Positions 59,504 to 64,000 of a DNA stretch of 64,000 bases are shown piece by piece. The stretch covers positions 2,272,001 through 2,336,000 of the forward strand of contig OZ251997.1 of the NCBI GenBank assembly GCA_965247095.1, given 5' to 3'. Position 1 is the stretch's first letter. Each line of letters starts with the position of its first letter. Made by a program: the position numbers and the translations under genes. The DNA is from Candidatus Multivorans sp. (lineage in GTDB: Bacteria; Acidobacteriota; Thermoanaerobaculia; Multivoradales; Multivoraceae). The notes under the pieces are model-generated. The model was not told where the DNA came from and ran no database searches. It was given only the letters and a program-made list of their open reading frames with translations.

Positions 59504-59896
59504 TCATCTAGTCACCGCGCCGACGGCCGCGCCCAGAGCCTGATCGAAGGTCCGAACCTCTCGCACGCCGCGGCGACGACAACTTGCGAGATAGCAAAGA
59601 TCCCGGGCTCCCAGGGCGGGATGCTGTTCGTGGAGCGGCCGCGCCAGGGTCACATCCTCCTCCTCGAGCGGCCACACCTCCACTCGCGCTCTGGAGATTA
59701 GAGCCAGAGCGCGGTCGAGCGTCCGCTATCGCGCCACGGGCAGATAGGCGTGCGCCAACTCTTGGATCACTTCCGCCGAGGTGCACAGCGGCGTCTCGTT
59801 CCGGATGCTCTCCGCAAAGAACTCCCGGGCGGTGTCCCTCAGGGGATGCTGCCGGCCCACCGCGTACATGAAGACGTTCGTGTCGACGAAGATCAC
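59504..59896 (-). pseudogene. vapC: PIN (VapC) toxin with in-frame TAG (59726-59728)
   Basis: IFVDTNVFMYA...EVIQE...LPVAR*RTLD...ARDLCYLAS...TFDQAL; the frame continues to TGA 59504. Confidence 0.85.
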
Positions 59897-60168
59897 GTAG
59901 TGGAGGCGCCCCGCCCGCGGGATTCCTCGATCACCGTCAGGTGCTCGCCCCAGTCCGGTTCGGCGCCGGCGCCTTCCAGCTCGTCGCACCGCTGGAAGAA
60001 CTCTTCAAGATCGTCTGCCGACTCGAAGGCTTGAGGACGCTGCTGCGCTGTAAGACGCTGGCGAGCCGCCTTCCTAAGCCACGCGCTCAAGGTCATGCCC
60101 TCCTGCTTAGCCTGGTGGACGAATCTGTCTCGATCATCGTCAGGGATCAGGAGCTGTACTCGGGCCAT
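59893..60168 (-). CDS. RHH-type antitoxin
   Basis: MARVQLLIPDDDRDRFVHQAKQEGMTLSAWLRKAA; GTGA overlap with PIN. Confidence 0.8.
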   Translation of the reverse strand: MARVQLLIPDDDRDRFVHQAKQEGMTLSAWLRKAARQRLTAQQRPQAFESADDLEEFFQRCDELEGAGAEPDWGEHLTVIEESRGRGASTT

Positions 60169-60195
60169 GTCTCTACCGACTCTTTCGGGATCAGC

Positions 60196-60216
60196 GTGTG
60201 TATGCACCTTACACAC
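60196..60216. promoter_or_regulatory. Palindromic operator upstream of the TA pair
   Basis: GTGTGTA-N7-TACACAC. Confidence 0.55.
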
Positions 60217-60274
60217 CCCACTTGTGCTCGTCTACCTCCGAACCCCGACAGAGAGAGCACCCGACCGCAAGCTG

Positions 60275-60336
60275 CTAGCGCGGCAGAACTCCCAGAGGCC
60301 GGCGCTTCGCGCCGGATGCGGGCAGGATGCCCGCGT
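60275..60336. repeat. REP-like dispersed palindromic repeat, copy 2
   Basis: 60/62 identical to 41361-41422. Confidence 0.9.
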
Positions 60337-60463
60337 TCCCAGGTCAGATCGTTCTACCGCGCAAGCTGTTAGCACTGCCCGTTCGTCGGCCGACGACCTC
60401 CAGCCTTCTCCGGCGCCACACCGACGCCGCTGCGCCGCCGCACCGGCCCTCCGGCGCAGACCG

Positions 60464-61738
60464 CTAGTTGGCCCCGCTCTCCTCGGTGTACCGCCGCAGC
60501 TCGGCGCGGCCGACGACGAGGTGATGGACCTCGTCCGGGCCGTCCGCGATGCGCAGCGTCCGCTGGCCGGTGTACATCTCGGCAAGAGGTGTCCACTGGG
60601 AGATGCCGGTGGCGCCGTGGATCTGGATCGCCTGGTCGATGATCTGACAGGTGCGCTCCGGGACCATCGCTTTGACGGCATGGACCCACACCCTCGCCTC
60701 GCGGTTGCCGAGCACGTCCATCGCCTTGGCGGCCCGCAGGACCATGAGACGCATCGCCTCGATGTCGATGCGGGCGCGCGACACCACCTCGATGTTCTTG
60801 CCAAGCTGGATGATCGGCCGGCCGAAGGCCTCCCGGGACATGCCGCGCTTGACCATCAGGTCGAGGGCCTTCTCGGCCTGGCCCACCGACCGCATGCAGT
60901 GGTGGATGCGGCCCGGACCCAGGCGAAGCTGGGAAATCTCGAAACCGCGGCCCTCGCCCAGCAGGATGTTCTCCTTCGGCACGCGCACGTTGTCGAGCTT
61001 GATGTGCATGTGGCCGTGCGGCGCGTGGTCGTGCCCGAAGACCGTCATCGGTCCCAGGACGTTCACTCCCGGGGTGTCCATCGGCACCAGGATCTGGGAC
61101 TGCTGGCGGTGGGCCGGCCCGCCCGGGCTGGTCTTGACCATGCAGATCATGATCTTGCAGCGCGGGTCGCCGGCGCCGGAGATGTAGTACTTCTCGCCGT
61201 CGATCACCCACTCGTCGCCGTCGAGGGTCGCGCGGGTGCCGATGTTCTTCGCGTCGGACGAAGCCAGGTTCGGCTCCGTCATCCCGAAGCAGGAGCGGAT
61301 CTCGCCGTTCAGCAGGGGCTCGAGCCACTTCTCCTTCTGCTCCGGCGTGCCGACGCGCTCGAGCACCTCCATGTTGCCGGTATCCGGGGCGCTGCAGTTC
61401 AGACACTGCGAGGCGAGCGGGTTCTTGCCCAGTTCCTGCGCGAGGTAGGCGTAGTCGAGGTTCTTGAGACCCTGGCCCGTCTCCGCATCCGGCAGGAAGA
61501 AGTTCCACAGGCCCATCGATCGGGCCTTCTCCTTGGCGCCGTCGAGCAGCTCCAACTGCCCCTCGCCGTAGCTCCAGCGATCCTCCCGGCCCTCGCCGCG
61601 GCGGTAGTACTCCTCCGTGATCGGATCCACATAGTCGGCGATGAAGCTCTTGACCTTGGCCAGAAGCGGCTTGGCCTTCTCGGACATCGAGAGGTTGTAC
61701 AGTTCGGCGTCGATACCGAACGGGTCGAGATCGGGCAT
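60464..61738 (-). CDS. Acyl-CoA dehydrogenase
   Basis: NCSAPDTGNMEVL, MTEPNLASSDA, RLGPGRIHHCMR, QIHGATG, IADGPDEVH. Confidence 0.95.
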   Translation of the reverse strand: MPDLDPFGIDAELYNLSMSEKAKPLLAKVKSFIADYVDPITEEYYRRGEGREDRWSYGEGQLELLDGAKEKARSMGLWNFFLPDAETGQGLKNLDYAYLAQELGKNPLASQCLNCSAPDTGNMEVLERVGTPEQKEKWLEPLLNGEIRSCFGMTEPNLASSDAKNIGTRATLDGDEWVIDGEKYYISGAGDPRCKIMICMVKTSPGGPAHRQQSQILVPMDTPGVNVLGPMTVFGHDHAPHGHMHIKLDNVRVPKENILLGEGRGFEISQLRLGPGRIHHCMRSVGQAEKALDLMVKRGMSREAFGRPIIQLGKNIEVVSRARIDIEAMRLMVLRAAKAMDVLGNREARVWVHAVKAMVPERTCQIIDQAIQIHGATGISQWTPLAEMYTGQRTLRIADGPDEVHHLVVGRAELRRYTEESGAN

Positions 61739-62117
61739 GGCTCGGTTGCTCCTTACCCCACGGATGAGGGCGCTTGAGGGGGTTTGTGGTGTGAAACGGG
61801 CAAGCTATCGCAGCTTGCCCCCCGCCGCCACACTCTGAGCGCTGGGCCGGCGCCAGGCCGGCGCAGGCCTCCCCGGCCAGGGTTCAAGAACCTGTCCGAA
61901 AAACCCTCTCCTGGATCCAACGCTCCGAAGGGCAGCTCACCCGGCCAGGGCAAGAACGCCTGACACGGGTGCGCCCGCCGGCCGTCAGATCGCACCAAAG
62001 CCGCACGGAAGCGTCGCTGAGGACCCTGACCGTCGCTTCGTCCGGCGCCCGTTACGTCCGCTGGCATCCGGCTTGCTCAACCATCGCGCGCCCCATTGCC
62101 AGAGGAGAACCTCCGCA

Positions 62118-64000
62118 ATGTCACAATTCCAACCACTTCACCGCATAGCCGGTTCAGGCCTGAGCCGAACCGCCGTCCTAGGACTATGCGCGGCCCTCGC
62201 GCTCACCCTGCTGGCCGCGCCGGCAGCGGCTCAACTCACCGGCCGGCTCGCCGGCCAGGTCATGGATGCCGACGGAGCGCCGCTTCCTGGAGCGACCGTC
62301 ACCGTCAACTCACCCAATTTGATGGGCTCGCGCACCGAGTTCACCGACGCTGAGGGCGATTTCAGCTTCCGCACCCTGCCCCCCGGCGTCTACACCATCC
62401 AGGCCGAGCTCGAGGGCTTCGTTCCGCAGCAGCGCAGCGAGGTCGAAGTCCGCCTCAGCCGGGTCACCGAGATCCGGTTCTCGATGGCTCTGGGCGAGTT
62501 CAGCGAGGAGGTGACGGTGGTCGCGGAGACGCCCGTGGTCGACCCCGAACAGGTGTCGACCTCGCAGACCTTCGGCGTGGAGTACCTGAAGAAGGCCTCC
62601 ATCGGCTCGGCGAATCGCAGCTACCAGAGTGTCCTGACGCAGGCCGCGGGGGTCGCCGGCGGCGGCAACCCGAACGTGTACGGCTCCACCCTCGGCGAGA
62701 ACGCCTTCTACATCGACGGCATCGACTCGACCGACCCCGTCACCGCGACCTTCAACATCAACCTGAACTTCGACACGATCCAGGAGATCAACCTCGAGAC
62801 CGGCGGCTTCGAGGCCCGCTATGGCCGCGCCACCGGCGGCTTCGTCAACGTGGTCACGAAGTCCGGCGGCAACGAGTTCTCGGGCACCGTGGACGTCCGC
62901 TACCGGGACACCGACTTCAACACGAGCGGCGATCACTTCGACAAGGACGAGAACATCGTCGAGTTCCGGGAAACCGGCGCCACCCTCGGCGGCCCGTTCA
63001 CCCGCGACAAACTCTGGTTCTACGCGGCAGCAAACCCGGTGCGTTCGAAGTCGACGCCCACCGAGTCGCCGGCCACGCGGGACTTCGACGGCACGAACCT
63101 GATGGGCAAGGTCACTTGGCAGGCCAGGCCGGAGTGGCAGATCGTGGGCCGCTTCATCAACGAGGACGCAACGATCAGCAACGCAAACGCCGGACGCTCC
63201 GTCGCCGTCGAAGCGGCTCGCTTCCAGGAGCAACCGAAGAGCATCTTCAGCCTGGAGGCGCTCGCGCTCCCGACACCGAGCCTGCAGTGGCACATCAACG
63301 CCGCGTCCGTCAGGGGCGAACTGAACTCGTTCCCCCAGAGCGGCGACTTCGACACGATCGGGCACGTCGACACGTTCGGCGACGGTTCCAGGACGGTGAA
63401 CTACACGAATCAGCAGTTCTCGGGCCGTGACCGCGACGAACTCAGCACGAACCTTGCCTGGTTCACGGACGGCATGGCCGGAGACCACGAACTTCGCGTG
63501 GGCGTCGACTACGCCGACATCTTCTTCCGCAGCCAGAACAACACCACCGGCGGCGGCTACTCGTTCGGAGACCGCTTCGGACAGCCCTACACGTTGCTCT
63601 TCTCGCCCATCGAGGCGCCGGCCGAAAACGAAGGCACTCTGCTCACGACCTACGTGCAGGACACCTGGCGAGTGAACCCCAACCTGACCATCAAGCTGGG
63701 GCTGCGCAGCGACCAGGTGGCGTTTACCAACGATGTCGGCCAGGAAGTGGCGGACATGTCCAAGCTGCAGCCGCGATTCGGAGTCGCCTGGGACATCAAC
63801 GGCGACGCGAAGACGGTGGCACGGGCGAGTTGGGGACGCTTCATGCACCCCAACGCCCTTACGCTGCCGAGCTTTGCGAGGGTCAACCGGCTTCCGACCG
63901 TCCGTTGGCTTTCCTGTTCGACCTTCAGGGCCAGCCTCGGCGTGAACTGCCGGGATCAGTACCCCGGCGAGCGGACAGTCGGCGGCTTGACTGTGTCGAA
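62118..64000 (+). CDS. TonB-dependent receptor with N-terminal carboxypeptidase-regulatory-like domain (runs off window end)
   Basis: GAGGAG RBS; signal peptide; LPGATVTV, LPPGVY, FYIDGID, GGFEARYGRATGG..NVVTKSGGN, YVQDTWRV, QPRFGVAWD. Confidence 0.92.
   Translation, partial: MSQFQPLHRIAGSGLSRTAVLGLCAALALTLLAAPAAAQLTGRLAGQVMDADGAPLPGATVTVNSPNLMGSRTEFTDAEGDFSFRTLPPGVYTIQAELEGFVPQQRSEVEVRLSRVTEIRFSMALGEFSEEVTVVAETPVVDPEQVSTSQTFGVEYLKKASIGSANRSYQSVLTQAAGVAGGGNPNVYGSTLGENAFYIDGIDSTDPVTATFNINLNFDTIQEINLETGGFEARYGRATGGFVNVVTKSGGNEFSGTVDVRYRDTDFNTSGDHFDKDENIVEFRETGATLGGPFTRDKLWFYAAANPVRSKSTPTESPATRDFDGTNLMGKVTWQARPEWQIVGRFINEDATISNANAGRSVAVEAARFQEQPKSIFSLEALALPTPSLQWHINAASVRGELNSFPQSGDFDTIGHVDTFGDGSRTVNYTNQQFSGRDRDELSTNLAWFTDGMAGDHELRVGVDYADIFFRSQNNTTGGGYSFGDRFGQPYTLLFSPIEAPAENEGTLLTTYVQDTWRVNPNLTIKLGLRSDQVAFTNDVGQEVADMSKLQPRFGVAWDINGDAKTVARASWGRFMHPNALTLPSFARVNRLPTVRWLSCSTFRASLGVNCRDQYPGERTVGGLTVS

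Noticed and set aside
5966-59728. Amber recoding or pyrrolysine
   Set aside because: Many intact genes here end in TAG (e.g. 1954, 12912, 14025), one internal stop is TAA, and no pyl genes are visible
335-63848. Many long antisense or alternate-frame ORFs (e.g. 17505-19850, 48974-50773, 56059-57072, 62310-63848)
   Set aside because: Shadow ORFs expected in high-GC DNA; they overlap well-supported genes and are Arg/Pro/Ala-rich without motifs

Overview
High-GC bacterial DNA. The gene content (DUF1553/DUF1501 pair, acidobacterial VWA protein, carboxypeptidase-domain TonB receptor, several paralogous secreted proteins) suggests Acidobacteria or a similar lineage; this is inference. Housekeeping and transport genes are interleaved with four accessory blocks. 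(1) 2.0-9.0 kb: a type I restriction-modification operon (hsdM', hsdM, hsdS', hsdR') reduced by internal deletions to a skeleton, with HicBA, four PIN-toxin modules plus a nonsense-inactivated PIN, and a tandem run of small FDCV-motif ORFs packed into its gene junctions. (2) 34.9-41.4 kb: the best candidate for an undescribed system, a bacteriocin/RiPP-like cluster. It holds a membrane-anchored CxxC redoxin, a stand-alone membrane-anchored C39 peptidase, four small signal-peptide-bearing precursors, an ABC permease and ATPase, and a Yip1 protein. Three of the precursors carry an internal double-glycine-type site before a hydrophobic two-cysteine core. (3) 46-52.6 kb: a RelE-like/SF1 helicase/helical-repeat protein and an AlbA_2 (Schlafen) protein flanked by a 36-bp-periodic array of 18-bp repeats in alternating orientation. 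(4) 55.2-60.3 kb: a peptidase-HigA fusion, an hsdR-AlbA_2 fusion pseudogene cut by an IS4 element, and another TA pair. Several genes across the window appear collapsed by internal deletions. I recognised no tRNA, rRNA or CRISPR array. All family assignments come from motif recognition by eye, not database searches.
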